A stretch of 64,000 nucleotides of DNA from contig JAAOMT010000525.1 of the NCBI GenBank assembly GCA_016748015.1, positions 62,001 through 126,000 on the forward strand. Reading direction: 5' to 3'. Source of the stretch: Geosiphon pyriformis uo1 (lineage: Eukaryota > Fungi > Glomeromycota). A program made the position numbers and the translations under genes. The notes beneath the pieces are model-generated. The model had not been told where the DNA came from, did not search any database, and saw nothing but the letters and a program-made list of their open reading frames with translations. Below are positions 1 to 13,297 of the stretch, piece after piece (positions within the stretch are counted from its first letter, which is position 1; each line of letters starts with the position of its first letter).

Positions 1-494
1 GAAAACTTAATGCTTACTCCGATTAGTATTCCACCAAACGCTACAATTCAACAAAAACTTCAACTGTGTCTCAATGAGGAAAACATTGAATATCTTTCAA
101 TCTATAGATATTTTCACATTGGAAAAACACTCTACGAATGGAAACTGGAACTTACAATAGCAAACCTCACAAAAAAAGCTATTCAGAAACAACTCCACAA
201 CAAATTCAAGACAACAGCTGGATCAACAAACAGTCACTACAGGCTTAAAGCTGTCTTAGACTTTATGACCTATTCTACACCTGTGAAAACATATTACAAA
301 ACCCAATTTTTCAACCTTTGAAGATTCAATACATTGGAAAGCTCACAGAACTGAAATTTTAACAATTTTCAGACCAAATTTTTTCAATAATTTTGGATTA
401 TTATCTGGAAATAACAGACAGTACTTGGATTTCGATGGAGCTCAGTCTTGAGGAGGAGGTTATGTTACCAGACAAAATTAGAGATATTATTTAG
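1..494 (+). pseudogene. 3' part of ORF3 of a family-B Gypsy element (element truncated by window start)
   Basis: Near-identical to 21738-22230 (MLTPISIPPNATIQQ..YRYFHIGKTL), with frameshift and stops; runs through the PPT gaggaggagg (450-459) into the LTR. Confidence 0.9.
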
Positions 495-1445
495 CATGAA
501 ATTATCTTATAATTCCTATCATTAATTAGCATATATTATCATTTCAAATGATCACTTATTATATTAGCAAAAATGTCCAAAATTATCATTTAATTAATAA
601 CCCAAATTGTACACAACACAAATGTAACCTAATTGCGATGATCAATCATGCAATACTTCGAACTATGTAACATTCAGAAGTTCACTGAAATTTGTAGAAA
701 TTTGCCAAAATAATTGATAGTTCACCGAAATATCTAATAGTTTGCCAAAATAACTTGTAGTTTGCTGAAATATATCTTTAGTTCAGCGAAATTGTAGAAA
801 ATAGTAAAGTTCAAGTTCATAAAATAGTGTTACAACAAGTTGTATAAAAGAAAAGCTTTTCTCTTCAAGAAAATATATCTTACTTTAGATTTATCACTTA
901 GAACCATTCCTATATACACAAAAAGAAATAAAAATCAAATAATTTGAAAAAACCAAATTTTTTAATTATTACACTTGGAAAATCCTCAAAACCCAACTAA
1001 CGTTTTGAAATTGATTAGCTACCAATTTCAGTAAACTGTTAGTGACTTCAGGCCTGGATAGAAAACGTTTTTCTTGACAAAATTTTATTTCTTTTACATT
1101 TCTTTTATTTTTCTTTTCTTTTCTTATTACAATCATTAGGGTAGCTTACAGATGAGATTCTTGTAAAAAAGTTGACTTTCACAGCAAAATAACTATACAT
1201 TTTAGTGAGCTTCCAGACAAACAATTCTTGGGAAAGAGTGGACGTTTACTACAATGTAACTACACAAAGTAACTGGCAAGGAATTGGCCATTCCACTTAT
1301 AAGCCCAGCAGTTCAAATTATAGGAGATAATTTGAAGTCAAAAATTCAGTTACTGAAGGTTCAACCACATCCAGAAAACGTGAATTCACAGCAAATAAGT
1401 ATCAACAACATTACAGAAAAGAGACCAAAAAAACCTCTGGTAATA
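463..1445 (+). repeat. 3' LTR of a family-B Gypsy element
   Basis: TGTTACCA...TGGTAATA (decayed TGGTAACA); colinear with 13298-14286 and 22199-23177; preceded by a PPT. Confidence 0.95.
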
Positions 1446-2150
1446 CCATAAGAATTTTCTTAATTACTACAGTCCAATTTGATCTCATTCTTTGTCTCTT
1501 AAAATCACTGTTTACATTGATCCTTTTTTTTCTGGCCAATAATACAGTCATTTCTATGCTCTTTTCCAAAGTAAACGTTGATCAGATAATCTCTTCAAAT
1601 TTTGAAAGGGTATTGGCCCCTCTAAAACTATTAACTGATGAAAAAATTTTTCTGATGACTTAAGATTTGACAATTTTTGGGTTAACCCATTTTTTTTCAA
1701 GAGAAATTTTAAGAGAAGGGGGGAGGAGTCTATCATCTTTATCTATGTCATAATTGATTGAGCCAAGAGAGAAGCCACAAACCAGATTGGTATTTACTTT
1801 TTTCACTTTAGGGGTATTTGTTGCCAAACCAAAAAAAAAACCATTACCAACACCAAAAAAAACATCATTGTCCTTACTATCACCAAATATACTGTCCATA
1901 TCCGAATACACACTATGACTAGAATCAAGTTTGACCAAAGAGATATCTTTTTCATTTCTAGAATGCTTAATATTACCAACAGAAACCCTTTTCTTTTAGA
2001 AGAAAGAACCTCCAACAGAACCATAAAAAACCCCTATGAATGTCTTTTTTTAGACATAACACTACTTGAAACAGCAGCCAGATTCACTACAAAAAAATTA
2101 TTTGATTGAGAAATGTTTGAAAGAGATAGCAAAAAAAAATAAAAACTTCT
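1446..2150 (-). pseudogene. 5' fragment of a degenerate LINE ORF1 (target of the B insertion)
   Basis: Minus-strand ORF pieces (…ATNTPKVKKV…GFSLGSINYDID…) of similar character to the ORF1 at 41331-42125; boundaries approximate. Confidence 0.55.
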
Positions 2151-2199
2151 TTTTCAAAAAAATTTGTTTTTTGGGGTTTTTTGAAAGTAAGAAAGAAAG

Positions 2200-4110
2200 A
2201 AGTTTATAAAATTTTTTTTAACTTTATTTAATATAAAAAAGTTGTATTGAACATTTAAATTCAGTAAATATTAGATAATAAAAAATTTTAAAATTAGATT
2301 AATTATTATTAAATACATAAAAAATTTTGTTTATAATAAAAATTATATAACTAAAAATATTTTAAGATATTTGTTTTAAAAAGTTGTTTTAAATTATTTG
2401 ATTATAAATAATAATTTAATTTTAAAATTTAATAAAATCAAATTTAAAATAAATAAAATCATAAAAAATTAAACTACTAAAAAAATAGTTTTTTTGAATT
2501 TTCTGAACATATTTATAATAATAAAATTAATAACAAAATATATATTAATTTCAATTAAAAAAATAATTTTTTTTGTTATCTTAAAAAAAGCTAAATAACT
2601 ATTTAGTATATTTAAATATTGCCAACAAGTTTTTTATAATTAATAAATTAAAAAAGTTTTTTTAAGTATTAAAAACTTGTTAATTAAGAATATTTAAATT
2701 TAATTTAAAAAAAAACATACTAAAATATTAGATTTTTTATTAATTAAATTTTAAGAAATATTATTTTGAATAAAAAATTTATTTATTTAGATTTAATAAT
2801 TTTAAAACTTATTATTAACTATAGAACTCAATTTAGTTTTGTGTTAAAAAATATATATAAAAAATAGAATATATTAATTAAAAAAAAATAAAAATTAAAA
2901 CATACTTGTTTAAAAATTATTTAATAATATTATGTATTATTTTTTGTTATATAATTTAAAGACTTTTGAGCAAATTTAAATTAAAAACAAGATAATTAAT
3001 ATAATAATATTTATAAATATTAATAAAATTTTTAACAGACTTTTTAATTATTAAATTATGAATTTACAAATTTTGAATTAAGTTTTACATAATTTATTTT
3101 AGTTTTTATTAAATTATTAATTAATTTTTGAAATTTTGAGATAATACAACTAATTTTTTTAAAAATATAGTGTTTTTTTATCAATAATATTTATATTTTA
3201 AATGTTTTAAATTAATTAATTTGTTATAATATAATATAATTTCTTAAAAAATTTAATATTATATTTATAAAGCAATTATTAAATAGTCATAATATTTGTT
3301 TTAGTTAAAAAAAATTTTGTTATTAATTTTAAAAACTTAGTTTTTATATAATTTAATTTTATATTAAATTTTATTAAAATAAAAAATCTTATTAATAAAA
3401 ATTTACTCATATTATTTTTATTATATTAGTAATATTTTTTTAATTTTAACTATTTTAAAATAATAAAACCAGTTTAAAAGATATTTGTTTAAATAAAATT
3501 TTAGTTTTTACAAATAAGTCTATTAAAATATTATAAAATATTAATTTATTTTTTAATTTTCAATTTAAATATTAATATAAATGTTCATAATTTAATATTA
3601 TTAACTTTAATATTAAAATATATTTTAGTTTTAGTATTGTAATTAGAAATTTAAACAATAAAATATTTATTAATATGTATATATTAAACCTAATTTGTTT
3701 AATTTCAATTTTTGTAATTACTATTAAATAAAAAAATAACATATTTATATTATTATTTATTGTAAAAATTTAAATATTTAGTGGTTAAGATAAAAGTTAC
3801 TTAAAAATTATAGGCAATAATTATGTTAATATGCTTGTAAATAATACTATAATTTTAAATTTTATATGTTTTATTAATAAATTTTTAATAAAAAAACTAA
3901 ATATATTAAAAACTATCTTTGTATAATATTTTAATAAACACATATAAATAAATTTATTAAGCAATTTTATTGCTAGTTTTTAAACATAATTTTTAAAAAT
4001 TTTTTTAAAAAATTGTTAATAGCTGCCAAAATAAAACTTTTTAAACCTAAATATTTAAATATAAATTATTTTATTATAATATATATAAAAATTTTAAACA
4101 TATTTTTATA
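2200..4110 (+). repeat. Hyper-AT-rich relic of LINE sequence
   Basis: Almost no G/C; a ghost of the LINE RNase H motif (W-VK-K-H-G--GN--A) is still readable near 3780-3830. Confidence 0.5.
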
Positions 4111-4245
4111 TATTTTTTATTATTATTATTTAATGAGTAAAGTCAAAATGCAGTCTAGTACTATACATCACATCAATAATCTAAACTAGATGTGAATCAT
4201 GTATTTGCTACACGTGATCAGCCATTCAAGTCAATCAAGACAACA

Positions 4246-7200
4246 CTAAGCACTTATATAAACAGAAACCATGTTCTCAATACTTGAAAAAAACAGACAA
4301 GACTTACAAAACCCAAAACTAACACCAAACACATCAGCAATACCCAATAATCTAATCACACCAGCCGAAAACACCACCAGAAGACCAGAAACTGAGACAG
4401 AAACAGAACTATCTGATAAGATCAAACCACTTTTTTCCATAATAGTCTGGTGTTTGGTACATATCAGCCAAATATCATCCTGAAAAGTAAGACAGAAATC
4501 ATGCACAAAGGAAGCAATATTCTGAGCTGCAACTTTAGAGTCCTTAAAAATAGAAACAGATTCACAATACTAATCATTAAAAACAAAGTCTTTATACAGA
4601 GCAGTACCAATAACAACATCGGAAACACAAGTATATAATAATTACAATACACAAGAAAAAGAGCGAAATAAACCCGAGTATAACTCCCATGCCAATGCAT
4701 AAGCTTTTATCAAATGGGCACGACCAATAGCATCAAAAAGACAAGAAAAAATATGGTTTAAGACTTCAATATTTCTACAGAACAAACACACTACACTAGA
4801 GTAAGACTTATTATAAAGTCACTTATGTACTGCAACAGAAATGAAAGCCAGCAATACATGCACTAGTAAAACCAGCAGCCAAGTGAGAATCAGAATGCCA
4901 CACCAATAAAAATCTGGACTAATCAATATCAGCACGCAGGTTATCCATCAAAATATGGGAACCAGAACCAACCTTCCAACATGCACAGAAAATAGATTAG
5001 AAAATATCATGAACAAAATGCTGAGAATTACCAGAGACAGTCACATCATTAGCTTGAAAAAATTGTTCACTGATTATGTAAGATAGATGCCTATTAAAAA
5101 AAACAGCAGCCTTAGCTAAAGCATTAGCATGTTTATTGTTAAAGACACCAGAGTAACCTTTAACTTTAATCCAATTTACATCCAAATTCTTGTGATAAAT
5201 AACATTAACAATATAATGATGTTTGACTCAACACCAATTCCTGAAATCTGGACAAACCAACACAGACTCCAATTTGCATGCATTTAGAGCAACTTGGCTG
5301 TCCAAAAACAAGTTAACAGAATAGAAAGAAGGAATGCACTTAAGAGCCAGAGCAATGGTCTGTAACTCCATTATTGTAGAAGAGACCAAACCAGAAACTC
5401 CAACACCCAAACCCAAATCAATGTCCTTAAAAAAAACAGCAGCACCAGCCATCATACCAGAAGTTCTCAGATTGCTCAGAGATCCATCTGTGTACACAAA
5501 AAGATAAGCAGCATTAACATGTAGCAAATTAACTTTAATGACACCAAAATTATGAGACCAAAGAACATTAAAAGAGACATTCAAAGATAGGGAACAAACA
5601 GAAAAAGAAGTCTCACCACCAAAAAAACGAACAGAAAGCTCAAACCAAATGGGAACAGAGCCACAAGAGTCCAGTTGCTTTTACCACTTAAAAGTCATTC
5701 AACCAAGAACATTACTATGCTTGTCATGCAGCTGGTCTACAAAAACAATCCCATACCACCAAAGAAAAAAGACATACTTAAAATAATTAAGCTTACCAAG
5801 AACAAAAGACATAGGAGTACCACTTTTATAACAAAATGCACTGGCCAGAAAGCCATCCAAAGACAAATTACATCCAGAAAAAATGTGAACCATACCAGCC
5901 AAAAAATTGTCTAAACAGTTAACTTTAACATGAATCAAAAATTGTAAAAGGTGACAAGAACACCAGCTAAGAACCTGAAGATCATGAGACTTATGAGAAA
6001 ATAACCAACCCAAAATACCCAGCAAATTTGCAAAAGAAACAACGGAAGCTGATTTGCTCTCAGTCTGAATTTGTTCAAAAGTCTTTAAATCATACAAAGA
6101 AAAATAATGAATCACATTAGTAGACAAATCACGTGGAAGACCAGATCTAAATTTCAAGCTTCTGCAAATCATAATATCTCATTTATTACAAACACTAATA
6201 GAAACAAAACTGAATTGGGTCCTGTAACTGACAATAGGAAAAAAAACCACTGACACCAAATATGCAAACTGTTTATTCAAAATTGCTTTCCTTAGAACAA
6301 GATTGACAAAAAACCAAACATTTAAATGTGTCTTAGCCATACTAGGTTTTAACAGACCCTCAGAAAACAAAAAAATACCCAAATAATGATGAGGTTCTCT
6401 TTTTTTGGTGACAGAAATAGGTGAGCCACTAACAGTCAGATGAGGGTTAGAAACCTGGCAGTTGATGGAGATGGCCATAGTCTTGTCATTATTTATAGAA
6501 ATATCATTAAACCTAAAAAATTTACTAGCAACATTGAGGATGTGTTGTATAGCAGTCTGACTACTACCAACTCAAATTGTATTATTAATGAAAGCACCAA
6601 CAGCAAAAAATAATGTCAATCTGGTTTGAGATTCTATCTGGCTCAATCTGAAAACAAAATAAGAATTCAATCTGTAACCACACACACTCTTCTGCCTTTT
6701 GACTTCACATAGAAGTGAATCATAGAATATGTACCAAAGAAAAGATGAGAACACTTCTTTTTGGTCTAAACCATCATGAACATGTTACCCATCAGTTAAG
6801 CCAAAGTTTGTCATCACTTTGTTAACTCAACTATTGTAAATATTACCAAAAAATCTAATGAATCTGTCATATATCTTGATTTTAACCAAACTCCTTTTGA
6901 GATGTTCCCAACCAACAGAGTTATAGGCTTTACACATGTCTTACAAAACCAGCCACAGTTTATGGTTCTTCTCCAATACATCTTTAATCACTAAACTGAT
7001 GGCAAAAATAGATGATTGTGTTGTTGTACCCCTTAATACAGAGAAATTGTCTTTACATAAAACATCATAAGTATTGCAAGCTGAAAAAATCCTGTCCAAA
7101 AGAATCTTGGAAAGGATTTTATGAGCCATTTCAATCAAAGCAATAGGATGAGTATTCATAAGAACATCTTTTTATTCATATAGCTTAGGAATTATCAAAA

Positions 7201-8896
7201 CCCAAGCTTCCTTCCAAGGCTCAGGTACTGATTCATGAGTTAGACACAGATTCAAGAGCACAGAAAGCATAGCCAAGACTGAGTTGTTACAGTGTTTCCA
7301 CAATTTATTAGAGATGTCAGAAAGCCCAGCTGCTTTCCCATTAGGCAAATTTAAGACCACAGCAAACAATTTATCAGAACCAATTGGACATATTACACTG
7401 GAAAATGCACCATTAAAAACATAATCCAAAGACTGATATTGGCAAGTCTAATTATCAGAGATATCAGACACTACTCTGCATTTTTTTGTTCAACTTTCCA
7501 TAATTTTATCCACTTTAGACTTAACCAAATCAGGCTCCAAAACCAACTTATCACCTACAACTAAATGATCCAATACTATCTTATGAAAAGGATGCTTCAA
7601 CACACTCCTAATAGTACAATCCTTATCTGATTCAAAACTTTTTATTCTACTGGTAATAGCCTGCTTGATGTGAGATTCTTTAGCATGCTTGAATTCAAGT
7701 AACTTGAAAGAATAGTAAAACTTTCTTGTTCTTGCCAACCCAGAATGAATAGCATTAAAAGTAGAACCTGAAAGAAAAAGAGACTTTACTTCTGCTGCAC
7801 CACTAGAGTCAAGCCTGTCCCATGTATCCAGCAACAAAACAAAATCATCACTTGAGACCAAATGAGAAGCTTTTACCAGCCTGAACACCAACAACTCCAG
7901 TTTATGAAACTTAGAAGACATCTTGGTAAAAACACTGTTATAATCTTTGAACCATTTCTTCTTGAATGTTCCATTAGCTGAAGAAACTATGATTCTACAA
8001 ACAATGTTCCACATTGCATCCAGATCCAAAAACCTCTCAGCTATTACAAATGCACTTGAAAACATAACAGTATTAGCAGCTGTGGTATTTCTAAACTCAC
8101 AACACTTTCTCTCATCAGCATCTTTGATGTCATACTTCCAATAATCCTTGTTCATCTGCTTGTACAGCAATGACAGCTGAATATCCAACAGACTACTCAG
8201 ATCCACAGAAACAGAAACAGCCATGTGATCAGTATTAAAATAATCCACAACACTAACCACATTGTAATTCACCATTGCATTGACCAAATTTGAGGAAACA
8301 AACACATAATCAATTGTCTTAGCAATTCCATGAGAATTGCACCATGTAGGTATCTTGGCAAATATGCTTCCAGCCAAAGAGTTGACCAGACCCAAATTAA
8401 AACACTTCTTGAAACTGGCACATTTGTGAGATTCATTCTCATTAAAGTCACTACCAAAAATAATGAAAAAAGACTTGTTTACAGTCTTTGCAATAAAAAA
8501 ATTGATGTTACCAGTCTGAAAAAACCAAACCACTGAGGAAGCACCAGCATACAGTCCCAAAATTGACACAAAAAGTTTATTCTTAAAAAGCAACTTGACA
8601 CAAAGGATCCGGCTAGGCACTTTAGAAACCTTGTACACATGACAAGCCAAAAAATTGTCCATAATAATAGCTATGCCTAAACTCAGATAACCAGAATCCA
8701 CCCCAAAAGTGAAGACATAGATACCATCAAATCTGTTCACAATCCACAAACGAATCTTATCTTTCAATTTAGTCTCAGTAACAATGAAAATCAAATTGTT
8801 TATTTCCTTATGCCAACAAACTATATCACCCTGCTTTGCAGAATTATTCATTCTTCTGACATTGCACATAGCAATTTTTCAAATTAAATCAATTAT
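4246..8896 (-). pseudogene. LINE ORF2: APE endonuclease, reverse transcriptase, RNase H, Cys-rich C-terminus
   Basis: Endonuclease motifs CNVR, VTETKL, GSDFN, IDYVF, TDH; RT motifs LPNGKAAG, PIALIE, HYLG; RNase H motifs VYTDGS, ELQTI, WIKVKG.SG..N..A; many stops. Confidence 0.9.
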
Positions 8897-9069
8897 TGAG
8901 ATAGAGAAAGAGCCAATGAACCCAAACCAGAACACAAAGAGTCTAATCTTGTTAAAACTGAACCAACTAAAACTTTCAGAGCCATTATCTTTGATTTCAA
9001 ACCACCCACTTTGGTGGTGAGAATCTTTGAACTGCTCAAACTCAGTTCAAGAGCAGTGTTTCCAACCAC

Positions 9070-9920
9070 TGTTACTTATAGAAATATAGGAAATATATTA
9101 GCATAATTATTAGCCAATCAGAAGTAAGCATAGTAAATGTGGAATTCCAGGATTCCTTTCAAGAATTACAGGATTCCAGGAATTTCAGGATTCCCCGATG
9201 AGGAATTGCAGAATTCCAGAATTTCAGAATTCCTCTCAAAGGAATCGCAGGATTCCAGGAATTCCAAGATTCCTGTCATGAAGAATCAAAGAATTGAGGA
9301 ATCTCAATTATGTATATATAGCAGTAGTATTAAAAACAGAAAAGACAGAATCAATACCACAGAATCCTTAGCAAGAAACAAAATCATTAAATAAATAATT
9401 ATTCCATATCTCAATCCACTATCCACTATCAACACTTTATGTTGATAGTCATTGATACTTAACCACACTGGAACAATAGCTCTTGATCACGGCTATTGAC
9501 GGAATACTAATCTGCCAAACCACCTGGGCTTATTTCTTTTCTTTCTTTATTTTTATTTTATTTTATTTTCTTTTGTTGTTTACTAATTGAGTAAAAGGAT
9601 TAAGTGCTAAGTTATTGACATCAAGGATAGCCTGGTAAAAGACCCAAAAATAAGGATAGAATTTTATATATTATCGGATAGCTTACCAAAAGGGCACAAC
9701 TGCCAGACTAAATCCAACCACCATGCTGAGAAAAAAATTGAGAAAACTCTTGGAAAGATACATCTACTATTGACACTATTGAATCTCTGTCTATTATACA
9801 AAAGACTCCATCAAAATCTTCAGATACCATACCTTCAGAACATTATCAACAGAAATAGCTTTTAAGCACCAAATTACGAGTTGTTATTTACTTCAACAGC
9901 AAAAATAATCCTCTGTAACA
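9070..9920 (+). repeat. 5' LTR of element A
   Basis: TGTTAC...GTAACA; matches 39481-40340. Confidence 0.95.
9138..9305. repeat. U3 tandem array of GGAATTCCAGGATTCC-like units in LTR A
   Basis: Repeated ggaattccag/gattcc units just upstream of a TATATATA box (~9313); also present at ~39550-39715. Confidence 0.8.
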
Positions 9921-9922
9921 TT

Positions 9923-9939
9923 TGGTGCTCCCTGTGAGG
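9923..9939 (+). promoter_or_regulatory. Primer-binding site of A (probably elongator tRNA-Met)
   Basis: TGGTGCTCCCTGTGAGG 2 nt after the LTR; its complement CCTCACAGGGAGCACCA resembles eukaryotic elongator tRNA-Met 3' ends. Confidence 0.75.
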
Positions 9940-9982
9940 TATAATCCTACAAAGAACCAGCACTGATAACACCAAACCAAAA

Positions 9983-12900
9983 GTGGCAGAATCAGAAAAT
10001 ATAGGAGCAAACCATTTAGGATTCACAAAATCCTTATTTCAACACTATTGTCAATACTTGGGATTAAACCACAATCATATATCCGCCAAATCAGCCTTCA
10101 ATTTCTATGTTAACAAAAAGATTTTCTCTTTATTAGGAACACCAATAAATACTAAATCAGCAAGAGAAACTTTCTATAAGAAATTAATTCAAAACACCAA
10201 CATACTAACAAATCATAATTTCACATCTATCATCATTGAGATCAACAAAAAAATTGAACATTACACTCAACAAAGATATCCAATTACATATGCTAGTAAA
10301 GGCAAGGGAAAATTACAAACACCAGCAGTAATACCCAGAAAAATACAGCCACCTGCTTGGAAGAAAAACAGAGTTGAATCCCCAAGCAACCCATCCTATC
10401 ACTATACACTTGGAAGTGCCATCAACATATCATCAACAGATGCATTCCCATCAACTGTGACATCAGCATTTGGACAATTCTCATTCCAAAATAGACAAAG
10501 GAAAGCAGAATTGTTAGGACCATATGGCAAATACTTTGAGGGATTTAATTCACGATCATTAACCCCATCAGGACTTCGATCACCACCGCCTCCACCAGAC
10601 TTCGGAATCTCTGATCCATGGGAAGCAGCAGAATCAGAAAAGAAGGAAAAAGAATCAGAGAATCAAGAATTCACTTACCAGCACCCGATCACTAAAAACC
10701 TGGAAGTTAAAATCCCAAATTTTCAAACTCAGTAAAATCCAGATCTAGAAAATTCGGAAATCAAAACTCTGAATTATCAAAGGCAGAACAATCCAAATTC
10801 CAAATTAATTAATTAGCAAAACTTACCTCCAGTAATCGTTATCAATCAACTGCCGATTAATTCCATAGCCAAACTCATACAGCAGCCACTTCAACTACCA
10901 CCCCAACAACCAGTACAACAACAACTGCTTTAACAGCCACCACAACCACCTAACTTAGATCCAATGGCCTACACACCAATTGCAAAACTTGACAACTTTA
11001 CTGGCGAAGAGGATGACACTCAAGTATGGCTGAACAATGTAAAAAAGGCCATCGCAGCCAATGAATGGAATGACGCTCGAGCAATGCAAGCCATTCCCTA
11101 CTTTCTTAAGAATACTGCCAATTCATGGTACCAGAGCCTGATTAATAAACCACAAGATTTTAATGCCTTCAAAGTGGAATTTCTAAGATACTTCAACAAC
11201 AATAACAGTATCAATTGCCTAGTCAATACATTCACCACCATAAAACAAAGAGAAACTAAAGCAGTCACCACTTACCTGGGACATTTCTACCAAAACCTAT
11301 GCCAAATTTAAGCAATTGATGCCAACTATTTCACAGCATCACAGATACTCAATCAGTTTATCCATGGCCTGCGTAGCAGCATCTTGCAACATGTATGTCT
11401 GTTGCATCCAAGTACCCTTCAAAATGCAGTTACATGTGCCAGAGATTTTAAATCTGCTAAGTCAGAGACTAACCACGCCCAAGCCGTTAATCTAGTAATG
11501 AATGGATCATCTGAATTGGATTCCAAATAGGAGAAGTTCAGTGAATCAATTAATAAAAAATTGGAAGGATACTTAGTTGACAATTATGCCATTTATCAGC
11601 CTCCACAATGATACAATAATCAAGGAAACTCTAATCATGCCCAAAATCAGCCACATCTATTTTTATCGACCAATCAACAGTGGCAACAAGAAACGCGTAC
11701 CTGCTACTATTGTGGTAAACAAAAACACCTCCAAATTGACTGTCACCAGTGTTTAAATAACCAATAATTAGGAAAGCAATATTGAAATCCCAATCACCAG
11801 TTCCAAACTCCGAATCAGTATCCAAATCAAAACCAACCCGCTTACCTACCAGTAATGCAGTCATCCATCTATCAGTCTCTGGTGTACCAAGCTCCAATCT
11901 ATCAACCACAGCCACATGTGATTTATCAACAACCGCAGTCACAAATAATCTATCAACCCCAACAAATCCAAATACCATCCCAAAACTTACCACCCAATGG
12001 AACCCAAAGACCGAGAATGACTTAACAGAGCTAGAAATCAGCAATGATAGTCCATCAACTGATCCCCAGTTCTTCACAGCAATCATCTGGATTACACCAG
12101 CGGAATTCAGATACCAGTCAAGCCCAAAACCTGAATTCCCAGAACTATTTAAGCCTTCTGGTCACCCCAGAAGACGCCTTAACCAATAACCCAGCATTCG
12201 CCCAAAAACAACCACTCATCAGTAATATTCTACCTGCTACCATCACCGAAGACGAGTCCTTGGCTGCTATTTTCTCATTTGAATTCGAGAAAACAGCTGC
12301 AATGCCATTATTTAGTGGAGCTGCTCTTAAAACCAAACCAATTACTGCAATGTACACTGATACCAAAGTCGAGGAACAATCCATCAAATTGATCCTTGAC
12401 AGCAATTCAGCAGGCAGTATCATCACACGGCAACTCATGAAACAATTAAGTCACCGAGTTGATTGAGCTGCCAGCACCAGAATCATCACAGCTGATGGAG
12501 CAACCAAAACTCTAATCAGTGAAATTGACGACTTCCCTTTCGAAGTCAATGACATCATGACTCCCATTAAAGTTCTAGTGATGGAAGCCACTCAATACCA
12601 AGCTCTCGTTGGTAATGACTGGCTATTCAAAGTCAACGCAATGTTAGACTGGAACACCCAGGAACTCCAGTTAACATATCAGGGCCAACACATATGTGTA
12701 CCAGCCATGTGTGGCCACTTTAAGATTCCTCCAAAAGAGAAATTATTGATCGAACTGGAGGAGAAGAAAGAAAAACCTACCTGGGAAGCCTACCAAGTGT
12801 CGTGGGCTGATGAAGAGCATAACAAACTGCCACCAATACTCCCCTGGGATGACAACGACAATGGAAAAGAGAAACAAAAAGAAAAACTTACCTGGGAAAC

Positions 12901-13297
12901 CAATGACTTGACCTGGACTAACAACAACGAGAGCAAACTAACTTCAAGCTGAGAATGGGGAGAAAACAAAGAAAAAAAAGGAAAAGGGAAAGAAAGGGAG
13001 GAAGAAAACACTCAAGCCAACAACACTTATATCCAATATACCTATGGTCAGTAACAACCATCGACTTATTGCTGATTCAAACTGATATGCATTGATTGTG
13101 GCAAGAAATTGTTGTCAATAGGTGCATGCTGTGGCAACAATGAAGAATATCAGATGACAACCAAGTTTTATTACCACGCATGCCATATCAAACATTTTGG
13201 AAGACCAAAACAAATGGGAAAATGGGATAATATGCCATATATAGCCTATGAAGAAACTCTTCTGGATGAAGGAATGTGGAACGACATCCCAGGACGT
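9983..13297 (+). pseudogene. Element A gag (N-terminal extension, capsid, CCHC), protease and start of Cys-rich domain
   Basis: All ORF pieces share one frame; MAYTPIAKLDNFTGEE capsid start at 10964, CYYCGKQKH zinc knuckle, ILDS.SA protease motif. Confidence 0.9.

Noticed and set aside
11631-12438. Antisense and alternative-frame ORFs over gag/pol (also 15619-16463, 25486-27288, 62348-62976)
   Set aside because: Shadows of the biased codon usage on the coding strand; no independent motifs
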